A DNA stretch of 64,000 bases from a virus. The notes beneath the pieces are model-generated. The model ran no database searches. It was not told the origin of the DNA and worked only from the letters and a program-made list of their open reading frames with translations. Every line of letters starts with the position of its first letter. Position 1 is the first letter of the stretch. A program made the position numbers and the translations under genes. Below are positions 28,701 to 35,687 of this stretch, piece after piece. The stretch is from IMG/VR virus record IMGVR_UViG_3300028706_000004; one strand, written 5' to 3'.

Positions 28701-29338
28701 AAATTCTGGCCGCACACACCCCCCGCTGGAATGGCGGGCAAGAAGACGGCCCCTTCAACAACACCGTGAAAATGCACGACCTGTTAAAAGCGGGAACAAC
28801 TGGAAACTACAGAGACCTCTCCCCCGACGGCGAGCACCATGAAGCACAAATCGCCGGGGGTATCGATATGGACGACATCGAGTTTGTCCGCTACCCGGTC
28901 AACAAGCTCAATTGGCGCAATCTCAAACTCAGTGATGCAGATACAGGGAAAAACGACAAATCCGCAGCGGCTAGGTTGCGCAGCGCAGGATTTAGTGACG
29001 CCGAAATTGGTTACTTCTACGACGCCATAAGCGAAGGACGAGTTACAGGTCTACGAAATGTCAACTGGCTTCGCCAACATCTTGCAGCCAAAAAAGCACA
29101 AGAACGATTCGATCGTCTTGGAGTTGGTGTCAAATTCACAAACCCAGACGGAATAGACCTTATGAATGTTGATTCGTTCATGAGTAATCTTCCGGGAGCT
29201 ATTGCGAGCACAACACCTGCAGATGTTTTGCGCAAACGAATACATCTTGAAATCGCAGAGCGTGCAGCTGAACTACTTCAAGATATTCGGAAAGAAATGA
29301 AGCCAAACCGCAACGCCTCCGCAGGAGTTTTGGTCTGA
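22733..29338 (+). CDS. Giant polyvalent head-module protein (zincin HExxH, ParB-like, DUF3626-like domains, 5 GMRS sites)
   Basis: 2201 aa; HELAH...EGTAE; ILDGHHRW; RPISG...DIVLRPEV..RT..GD...EAQIAGG. Confidence 0.85.
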   Translation: MTEFSPKKRTYLSARIRRSRRDLEAAGLDFLERRNILAAQPTLNAQIVVKALDGSIGDSPEQEKDKSKKRTAGSGVKEIEPEVRYDPKGVRDPGQVFKLHVTARDLKTGQDNFGWIDPPKAVPKEEQRSNMADAMQWRATRPQIRIRTYDQDPRTGQPIIETEEEIKVKGLGRTLKDTLPGQSLGGRAASGLGLIVDALGKFRCPPGTPAANQFTDEFGTNCFSPVEVLRDTVRGLVNSLRSGRGRSWSLPGRGDSEAEQLRSNIAERRATAGKAGQLIGNTASIEAALIERNTVIQSLMDQYGISAGDELNEDMWSLLEAMTDVDTGDFPDLEWKGLFTGMFGEELWDDNLTMRQNLEKMRATVREDVFSFMGAQTKTGAQAIRDAYRAKDPTAMEMVDGLVGRHESAMRGFLGSTLHEFGDDPRAMSGLKKISFRAYNPDYDDFQSYWGTEGECIPLWEGTGTGMATKLEFNATAIALRPFQEGGLTHEGPDGRPKLVQVDAGGTFSASVTDAEKWAAIADFLTHTEKMEYWHKQYANDLTAAAHGGSLEAFSMHVGYHELAHVKQYQQIAQRVLEAYERDGQFSIYKRDGTGLESLTAHPSEWTNEQFVMAVVSTFQDALPPGTTTDFPPMDMVQFEGSMLHLLAGQYYQDMVQGFLQATSGGYAEDITPGQYVSPLDARGLPVHNSAKAHLNLLFLEGTAELAALKRTGGIAGDELNEVLDWMDADIADVVYGIPEVDVPFKPGSIVPDTDMGEAPWDTPLEPGEVMTPSGIIIPTSAVKKIEAAAARKRQERQLTTEKRKLETARRLRHRTEIHSWGSGGDGEIKTASDGTKYVWIGALSGEGEWQVLIDDLFDPAVLVELIDNDILPAVGPFEAWNGQWLGGAEGGMRSRRELGQFDNGPRVGKFSGETHEEPDGSVWEFRPTLRDRPEKGGFWRDMTDPANRREIAERATRRRQLEAQEGRSMGRLARPGAGSEWENIVRRGDGGMRSTRATVGQSFTPEEINDHVILDDLELELDRLDQAPPTILGRLRQKFGGHKGLEQRKQRHRESIAAVKEALAEGRFVESLDDYMNLSDKEKLKFFHGKPLVVTADQTELAMRIILDNYRLNPEESDSDKLMHVKIVPTDSVTGEEIQSLLHKEFAEALENGIPIAEALENGNDVEAQRLIAQLEATNTPFMLGKEHYDLCKVSVAGSNMFCYDHEGILRNSMPQFSGPVWDFDTEEHQKQYEDALTKLANAAGHVDPSTDEYEDWFKSTDGWTARREAHEEVLDAGGAATKAATLWHDQFDEKARQLRLEGKLSEEEILEEAAKATQFGADTTRELIDRLRADGVRVEGGFGKADLRPGDDLETGTENPIKKALLHLKASQNELIGPKVMKEARKATIKQPDGTYIKNPDHWLFKGFEGSSDPILVTDDGFILDGHHRWAMLVAVASLTGDEDEILGHKNVVVVHMPVNEALGYGVAFADDMGMQRAPAGPDEAAPHPSTLPDVPGTWAKRQAELREQKSSLPESPIEERGMRSSRRMDGVFDEITRVGKFHGETHEEPDGSIWEFRPTLRDRPEQGGNWIDLSDPSMRRHMADRARRRRIEESESGGSMGRLARPGANSEWDDITRGGMRSQRREIELRNMEREIQTAVGRERALETELLQLREDEDGFVITREEFDNSVAEISVEREALKERKRRLQQQHSILKRHRDRGSRTGMRSIRVRKQSDNPGAAETMTVRNADLAEAIPDSAFSAPSGWGSNYATDRTSRALPPIQSRSRALSDHNEKLNDSLDDLMHVPTLESDRYSEDWKYLQGPNGSFLDIDPEVAEFLSNHEKDEVSETIAKAAVQFHRGFDRRPRVLLDSDEFENLLETGSHSRPDIPYGENSVADLRMDYDLRNGFDTNTPASQRPISGHLYHAMDDDQISESLDAIDGPLMERLPDFWDSEGTAPWGDPAAMGGDIDIVLRPEVSDRTHYGTGDAMSRGAIPTPMNSNDADEILAAHTPRWNGGQEDGPFNNTVKMHDLLKAGTTGNYRDLSPDGEHHEAQIAGGIDMDDIEFVRYPVNKLNWRNLKLSDADTGKNDKSAAARLRSAGFSDAEIGYFYDAISEGRVTGLRNVNWLRQHLAAKKAQERFDRLGVGVKFTNPDGIDLMNVDSFMSNLPGAIASTTPADVLRKRIHLEIAERAAELLQDIRKEMKPNRNASAGVLV

Positions 29339-32300
29339 TGAAAGCTATACACGTTGCCAATACGGGCGATAGTCGAATTTATTATCTATTGGAATCAGAT
29401 AACGACTCTACCGGTGTAGTGGTCAAACCCGATTCTCCTCCAACATTCGTCAACTTTTTTGCATACGTCTCTAAAAAACCGCGCATACAGCGTCTTATGG
29501 ATTCAGATTTTCATAAATTTCTTTGGACCGGCAACAAGGGAAGTCTAAAACCTCGCTGGGAACACGTCTTTATTGACCGAGTTGCCGAACCGGCTGATTT
29601 ATTGGTTGGCGTAAATGTGATTAGCAAGTTTAAAACAGACGACGGGCCTAGTCGTGTCCGACAAATGGAAGAGAAGGCCAACCGAGCTATCGAATATCGA
29701 TCGCTGATATCCGCAGGGCTCAACGAAAAAGCTTTTGCGAGAAGTGTCGGCAGGATGGCTGGTCGTGCAGCTACGGGAGCCGTCAGAGGTTTCCGTAGAG
29801 GAATTCGGTTTGACAGAAATGCTCATGACGGTGATTTGGATGGCTTTATTCAGGAAGGTACCCAGTGGGCTAGAGCTGCTACGCCGTCAGTACGAACGAA
29901 TCTAACTCCGGATGGTCTTAGGTCAACAAACCAACTACCACGGAAACGGTTCATGAAAGATGAGCCGCCAAATCCCACAACCTTGTTTGACGCTTCACCA
30001 CAAGACCTCTATGTAGCCAAGAATCGTTATTACAGCTGGAAGAAAACAGAAGCAGCCTTGTCTGCCCACCTCACAGGCAACGACCCTGAAGAGCTCTTGC
30101 AAAGTTGGATCGATTTAGAAAATGAATTGAGTGAAGCCTTTCTTGACGGGCGTCCCATACGAACCACTGACGATTTTCGAGAAATTGCAGCTCAACTTCA
30201 CAGCGGATTCGGACCCGGCCTCAATCAAAGAATGACAATTCGTTACAATCAGAATGGTGACCCAATAGGGCGTAAATATGACAATCCGGGGGGCAGCTAT
30301 TTCGACTTGATCACCCCCGATCGGCAAGGCGACGAAGAGTTTTCTCTGTATGAAAAATATACGGCATTAACTGTAATGAGGAATTTAAGAGATAACCCTG
30401 ATCTTCAAAACCACACCTTGGAAATTGCACATGAGGACAATCGAACCCCCGGCAATCCAGTCATTCAAGGACCGCCTGCTATTGCGGGTCAAGCGTCCAG
30501 CAAGCAAGGAAAGAAGTGGAAGGTCAACAAAATAGCTCTACAACTATTGAGAGCTACCACGGGTACACGGGAAGAACGAAACAAACGGTTCTCAGAACGC
30601 CTTGACGAAATGTTCGAAATTGATACAACGCCATCTCGTCACACAAAACCAAGAATCACTATCGGCTTACGCAAAGAAAAAGATCATCCGCAACTACTTG
30701 ACTTTGAGCTCGGCTTAGATGCTGAAGAGAGTTCAAAATGGGGTCACAACACCGCCACTACTGCTCTGATTGCCCTAGCAGCTCACCTTGACGATGTGCC
30801 CGAAGGTGAACAGGCAGCAGTTATCAAACAAGGTAAAGCAATATTTGGAGCCACGATTGCAACACATGAATTCTCTGGACATGGAAGTCATACTGCAAAT
30901 ATTAAATCATTTGCAGACAAAGATTCAGGTGGTGAAGAAAACGCATTAAAACGAGCATATGAACGAATAAAAGATCGTATAGCAAAAAACCCCATCGCTG
31001 ACAAAACCGCGCTAGATCTGGATAGCGAACATATAGATAAAACCAGCACTGGTGGTTATGCCTTGGCCCATGGAGCATATGGCCCAAGGGTGATTCTCGC
31101 CGTGGATAGAGCTGCTGCAGATTTATCAAACCACGGCGATATCCGAGGTGTTCTAAGTGTCGACCCTGACACTATGGGGGTCGGGCAATGGATGCGTTAT
31201 CTCGACATTATGGAAAAGACGGGTTCCAATAGGGCTCAGCGGCTTATTGAATGGATGGGACAACCCATCATGGATGGTGACGGCAACGCATACACAGCCA
31301 CTCCCGGACTCGCCCAGTATTTCAACGCATTAGCAGGTGAGGCTGCCCTTATTTGGCTAGACGTTGACCTAACCATCTCCCCGGGTGAAGAATTAACTCT
31401 TGCACATGTTTTGTACGGGATGTCTCCCAGCTTCTATTTCGGAAAATACCAATTGCTTTCCAGCGAATCCGCTGCCCATGGTGTCACCACATTGACAGAT
31501 CATCGAAAGGGTAAATATCTCAGCTACAAGCCAAGAGACGGAACTGCTACTGGAGAGAACTGGATCAGGGTTGATGACAAAGCACTATTTATACTCGACG
31601 ACGACAATGACATAGGACCGTTAGACGCCGTACCGGATAACGTGTTGGCTCAGGGTGGCTGGTATAAACGTGACAACGGTATCGAGCTACTCGACCAAGG
31701 AGTTTTACCCGCACCTACGGTACTTAGGGAAAGCGGAATACCCGGGTTCAAGTTTCGCGCCACGGACGACAACGCAAGCGTTATACGCGAGTCGGCACGA
31801 GTGTCGCCAGAAGATGTTGCACCGTTACTCGATGCTCATGCAGTAGTTAATCGTATTTTGGCTGATGAAAAATCTTCCATTCCGGTTGCCCCACGTCCTG
31901 TCACCAATGTACAAACTGCTTTCAAAGATCCATTCAACCCTACAGACCTAGAAAGACGTGCTGAAAGAAAGCGATTGAATGATGAAGAAGTAAAAAGGAG
32001 TCAAAACTATTTGGCCAAGCTTCTTAAAGTAAGATTTAATAAAATCAAAGAGTCGAAAAGCGAAGTTAGTTCAACAGGACTACCGGTTACTGAATTCGTT
32101 TCAAGTAAAAGCCCTGAACAGAGAGTCGAACTAAGACAAAAATTAGTTGACCAACTACTTGCTTCTCTCGTCTATGACCACAAGTTCATTGATAGAAGTC
32201 GAATCAATCAAACCCAGAGTTTCGGTGACCCTAGGGGGCAACGTGGCATAGATGTCATGGGAGACCATCGCCTCTTTGAAGAGGGTGGAGCACTCGAAGG

Positions 32301-32661
32301 AATTATTTCTTCCTTAGTCGGAACCCTTATTCAAGATGGCAGCTTCTGGGATGGCTTAAATGATACAGACATCGACCTGCTGAGGAATTTATCAGATAAT
32401 CTTGGGTATAGGGTTTATGGCAGTTACGCGGGTGCACATACATCACATGCCCTTCTCAACGAGCTAACAGGAGGAGGGCGCCACGAACTGGTAGCAGAGT
32501 TTATGACTCTGATGACTACGGGAATGGATTTCCCAATTTGGGGTCCGAATGGCCGTCGAGAACTTACTCCTGCGGAAGTGAATGCATTAACCCGCTTATT
32601 TAAATGGCTTTCCCCTAAGGGAACGCCAAAAATACGATCGGGAGGAACTACATATGTCTAA
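29338..32661 (+). CDS. Large head-module protein with DGDxDG motif and metallopeptidase-like region
   Basis: 1107 aa; TGATG coupling; FDRNAHDGDLDGFIQEGT; HEFSGH; GSYA...ELVAEF. Confidence 0.8.
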   Translation: MKAIHVANTGDSRIYYLLESDNDSTGVVVKPDSPPTFVNFFAYVSKKPRIQRLMDSDFHKFLWTGNKGSLKPRWEHVFIDRVAEPADLLVGVNVISKFKTDDGPSRVRQMEEKANRAIEYRSLISAGLNEKAFARSVGRMAGRAATGAVRGFRRGIRFDRNAHDGDLDGFIQEGTQWARAATPSVRTNLTPDGLRSTNQLPRKRFMKDEPPNPTTLFDASPQDLYVAKNRYYSWKKTEAALSAHLTGNDPEELLQSWIDLENELSEAFLDGRPIRTTDDFREIAAQLHSGFGPGLNQRMTIRYNQNGDPIGRKYDNPGGSYFDLITPDRQGDEEFSLYEKYTALTVMRNLRDNPDLQNHTLEIAHEDNRTPGNPVIQGPPAIAGQASSKQGKKWKVNKIALQLLRATTGTREERNKRFSERLDEMFEIDTTPSRHTKPRITIGLRKEKDHPQLLDFELGLDAEESSKWGHNTATTALIALAAHLDDVPEGEQAAVIKQGKAIFGATIATHEFSGHGSHTANIKSFADKDSGGEENALKRAYERIKDRIAKNPIADKTALDLDSEHIDKTSTGGYALAHGAYGPRVILAVDRAAADLSNHGDIRGVLSVDPDTMGVGQWMRYLDIMEKTGSNRAQRLIEWMGQPIMDGDGNAYTATPGLAQYFNALAGEAALIWLDVDLTISPGEELTLAHVLYGMSPSFYFGKYQLLSSESAAHGVTTLTDHRKGKYLSYKPRDGTATGENWIRVDDKALFILDDDNDIGPLDAVPDNVLAQGGWYKRDNGIELLDQGVLPAPTVLRESGIPGFKFRATDDNASVIRESARVSPEDVAPLLDAHAVVNRILADEKSSIPVAPRPVTNVQTAFKDPFNPTDLERRAERKRLNDEEVKRSQNYLAKLLKVRFNKIKESKSEVSSTGLPVTEFVSSKSPEQRVELRQKLVDQLLASLVYDHKFIDRSRINQTQSFGDPRGQRGIDVMGDHRLFEEGGALEGIISSLVGTLIQDGSFWDGLNDTDIDLLRNLSDNLGYRVYGSYAGAHTSHALLNELTGGGRHELVAEFMTLMTTGMDFPIWGPNGRRELTPAEVNALTRLFKWLSPKGTPKIRSGGTTYV

Positions 32662-33073
32662 ATGGCTCAAATTCTCTGACAAAATTCCACCTGCTGAATT
32701 TTTCACAAAAAATGCCGAGCGGGGAGAATTGGAAAAACCTTCAATTCAGGATTGGCAAAGCTTGTTAGAACGAGCGCTCGGTTATAAACCAAACCAGTGG
32801 AATGGGATGAGTCATAGTCGTGACGAACTGGTTGGGATTCTTCGTCAATTAGAAGATGGGTCTGATCCACATATTGATAACCGTCGAAACTCTATTGAAG
32901 AACGCATTGAACGTTACGAGCGCAGCAAACAACGGACAAGAGATGAAAGAGATGAGCAGCTAGAGCAGGTTGTCGATGTTGGAAGTTTCTTATTTCCTCC
33001 TTGGCATACGCATAGAGGAAGAATCACTTCATCATTGAATCCTGCAAACTTCGCAGATCCCGGACTGAATTGA
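32654..33073 (+). CDS. Small hypothetical protein coupled to the upstream large gene
   Basis: 139 aa; start overlaps the upstream stop. Confidence 0.65.
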   Translation: MSKWLKFSDKIPPAEFFTKNAERGELEKPSIQDWQSLLERALGYKPNQWNGMSHSRDELVGILRQLEDGSDPHIDNRRNSIEERIERYERSKQRTRDERDEQLEQVVDVGSFLFPPWHTHRGRITSSLNPANFADPGLN

Positions 33074-33099
33074 ACGTAAACTATTATAGGTGACTACAC

Positions 33100-33744
33100 A
33101 TGACAACTGACAGTTACGACATCAAAGGGCCACAGGACGTTCTACTCGATCTCCCTCAAGAGAGATTGACATCGATTACCCGTGGACGTGGACCGAGACG
33201 AGGCAATCTGGAGAGATTGCTTAGATATTGGCGCCCAATCATGAAAAAGCCCGGCGGGTTTACACGCTGTCGTGTCATTCTTAAAAATCACCCTGAGTTA
33301 TACCCACTGGAAAGAATTTGCGCGTGGCTCCATCACGAAACCACCGGTAAATGGCCCAACGAAGGGTGTCATCATCCGGGCATGAAGAATTGTAAAGGAA
33401 AACTTCGGAAGCTGGGATGGACTGATGCCGAATGGAGCAAGCGAATACGCAAGCGCTTCAAGAAACGTAAAAAAGGTTTCGATGAGGCTTGGGATCAGGA
33501 AGACGTATTTTTCGGAGACTTCTTAGAGTCTAAGAGCTCTTATACGACTATAGGGTATAATCCTGTAGTAACTACAAGTGACCTCAAGCATGCTTCAACC
33601 GTTTTAGCTGATTTCGTTGTGATGGAAAAGGACTTCACGTCCTACCTCCGAGATCACAACAATTGGGAATTAGTCGGAGAAGGCGACGACGGCGACGAAT
33701 GGGTTACAGATTTCAGCGAAGCTAAGGACTGTGGGTGCGAATAA
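33100..33744 (+). CDS. Head-module protein with L.RYW...GGF.RC...CAWLH..TG.WP domain
   Basis: 214 aa; motif recalled from actinophage head-module/MuF-type fusion proteins. Confidence 0.7.
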   Translation: MTTDSYDIKGPQDVLLDLPQERLTSITRGRGPRRGNLERLLRYWRPIMKKPGGFTRCRVILKNHPELYPLERICAWLHHETTGKWPNEGCHHPGMKNCKGKLRKLGWTDAEWSKRIRKRFKKRKKGFDEAWDQEDVFFGDFLESKSSYTTIGYNPVVTTSDLKHASTVLADFVVMEKDFTSYLRDHNNWELVGEGDDGDEWVTDFSEAKDCGCE

Positions 33745-33746
33745 AT

Positions 33747-35687
33747 ATGGCGACTTCCTACACCTACACGAAGGAATTGGGCTGCTGCGACGGTTTAGAA
33801 GTGCAGGTCAAACGAACAATTTTACGAAAGCTTGACGACACCATTCCTTCGGGTCTAATCCGACATGCACGCGCATCTGACGAAACTATTGGCGAATATA
33901 AAGCTTTATCTCATAGAAATGGGAATACTCGCCAGTACGACATCAGCGTAACTACCAAAGCGGGCTTAGTTGGATCAGGTTCTCGTCTTGGACAAGCAGC
34001 TCAGGCTGCGGGTTCAATCATCACACCCGGAAACATTTCCAGAGTTCGAAGTCCCTTACGTTCCGCCGGATGGCGGGCAATCACTCCCGGTCTCCCCGGA
34101 GGTGGACGAGGCATTCGCAAACGTGGACGAGCACACCGATGCCCAGAGGGCTACCAATACGGTGGTCGGTTTACTGATAATCAACTATCCACTTGCGGAC
34201 AACAACTTTTCGATATCCCATCTGCTATCGGTGCAACCATTGCCGCCATTCGTAGGGCCGCTGCTGGTGCACCCGCAGGACCCGAAGGTGAAGTAATTCG
34301 TGGACGCTCAGGCCAAGACGTTCTAAAAAGCCGTAGGCCAGATATTCCCCGCGTCGGCAACGACGACCGCCAAGAACGCATTCGTGCTACTGGAAAAATC
34401 ATAGAAGCCATGGGTAAGCCCGACATAAACACGGCTCGGCTCGTCCGTCGAGATGGGTTCCAGTTGGAGCCGGTCGTCAGTCCTGCCGTCCTTAGAACCA
34501 TCCCAGACAACAGGGATATGGAAGGCGCCACCTACTTAATGAATCTCACATCCGTTGATGGAATGGGCGGCGAAGAGTTGGGTCTCCTGTCCAATACGGG
34601 AGTTACTAATATCTCTTACGTTCTTCCTGACGGATCTTCTCTTTCTATTGAAAAGGTTCGAGGGCTCACTGTCGGTGAACGTAGAAAACTGGGCCGCACG
34701 GTTAATGCCGCCATGAAGAAAGACAATTCTAAAGATCCTGCGGCCAGACTAAAATTTGTCGACGAGGAGACGGGAACAGGTATCGCATACACGGAGGACT
34801 GGAAAGGATCAGCTCGTTCCGTTGCGGATGCCCTCAAATCCAAGCCAGACAAAACACCCACAGTGGAAGCTGAAGTTCCTGAAGCTGAAGTGCCCGAAGG
34901 TGTTGGCGACAAAATTGGTAACGTCGATGACGCTGTAACCCACATCAATGGTGGGGGCAGTCTTGCTGAAATTGATCCATCTATTTTGCAGGCTGCGATG
35001 CGAAAAGCGGGTACGAAACGACCCGGAGGCATCTTTGAAGTCGGCGATAATCGTTACCTTATGCAGTCTTCGAAAACCGATTTCGACCATTTACACGTTG
35101 CTACGGCAGCAGAAATCCAAAATCATCTAGGTTTGGCAGCGTTCCCCCCAGCGTTTACGGGGAAGGGTGGCAAGCGGCGTGGCTACGTTCTCGCTGCCCC
35201 ATCTATGGATACTGATCGGACATTCGATGATGTAGATCCAGAAGACGCAGTACGCATGCTCTTATCTGACTTAATTCTCGGAGTCAACGATAGACCGCCC
35301 ACTGCCGTAGGGAAACTAGGCGAAGCAACAGTGCCGACACATATACCGTCTGCACTCAAAGATTTGGACGACATCAGCATACAAGAAAGAATCGAAGAAA
35401 GCATTTCTTCGATGAAACCACTTTCGAATGAAAGCATATATTCTTCGCATTACCAACAATTACGAGAAGCCCAACAGGAAGCATTTCGCAACGAACTAGA
35501 ACGCCTCCTTGAAAGAGCTCGTACATTCAATTTTACTGATTACAAGGATCGCCTTTACCGCGACGGTGCTTTATCTGCAGCCGAAAAAACTCACCTAAAT
35601 ATTATTCAAACAATTGTTGAAGCTCGTATCCAGACACTTGCTGCTGCCTACAACGCGATTCTCGCCCGCTTGGACGGTTCCCAATGA
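33747..35687 (+). CDS. Head-module protein with RCPxG..FTD..C motif and degenerate HipA/PI3K-like kinase C-terminus
   Basis: Start reassigned to MATSY; ...AEI..HLGL..P...DLILGVNDR... Confidence 0.75.
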   Translation: MATSYTYTKELGCCDGLEVQVKRTILRKLDDTIPSGLIRHARASDETIGEYKALSHRNGNTRQYDISVTTKAGLVGSGSRLGQAAQAAGSIITPGNISRVRSPLRSAGWRAITPGLPGGGRGIRKRGRAHRCPEGYQYGGRFTDNQLSTCGQQLFDIPSAIGATIAAIRRAAAGAPAGPEGEVIRGRSGQDVLKSRRPDIPRVGNDDRQERIRATGKIIEAMGKPDINTARLVRRDGFQLEPVVSPAVLRTIPDNRDMEGATYLMNLTSVDGMGGEELGLLSNTGVTNISYVLPDGSSLSIEKVRGLTVGERRKLGRTVNAAMKKDNSKDPAARLKFVDEETGTGIAYTEDWKGSARSVADALKSKPDKTPTVEAEVPEAEVPEGVGDKIGNVDDAVTHINGGGSLAEIDPSILQAAMRKAGTKRPGGIFEVGDNRYLMQSSKTDFDHLHVATAAEIQNHLGLAAFPPAFTGKGGKRRGYVLAAPSMDTDRTFDDVDPEDAVRMLLSDLILGVNDRPPTAVGKLGEATVPTHIPSALKDLDDISIQERIEESISSMKPLSNESIYSSHYQQLREAQQEAFRNELERLLERARTFNFTDYKDRLYRDGALSAAEKTHLNIIQTIVEARIQTLAAAYNAILARLDGSQ

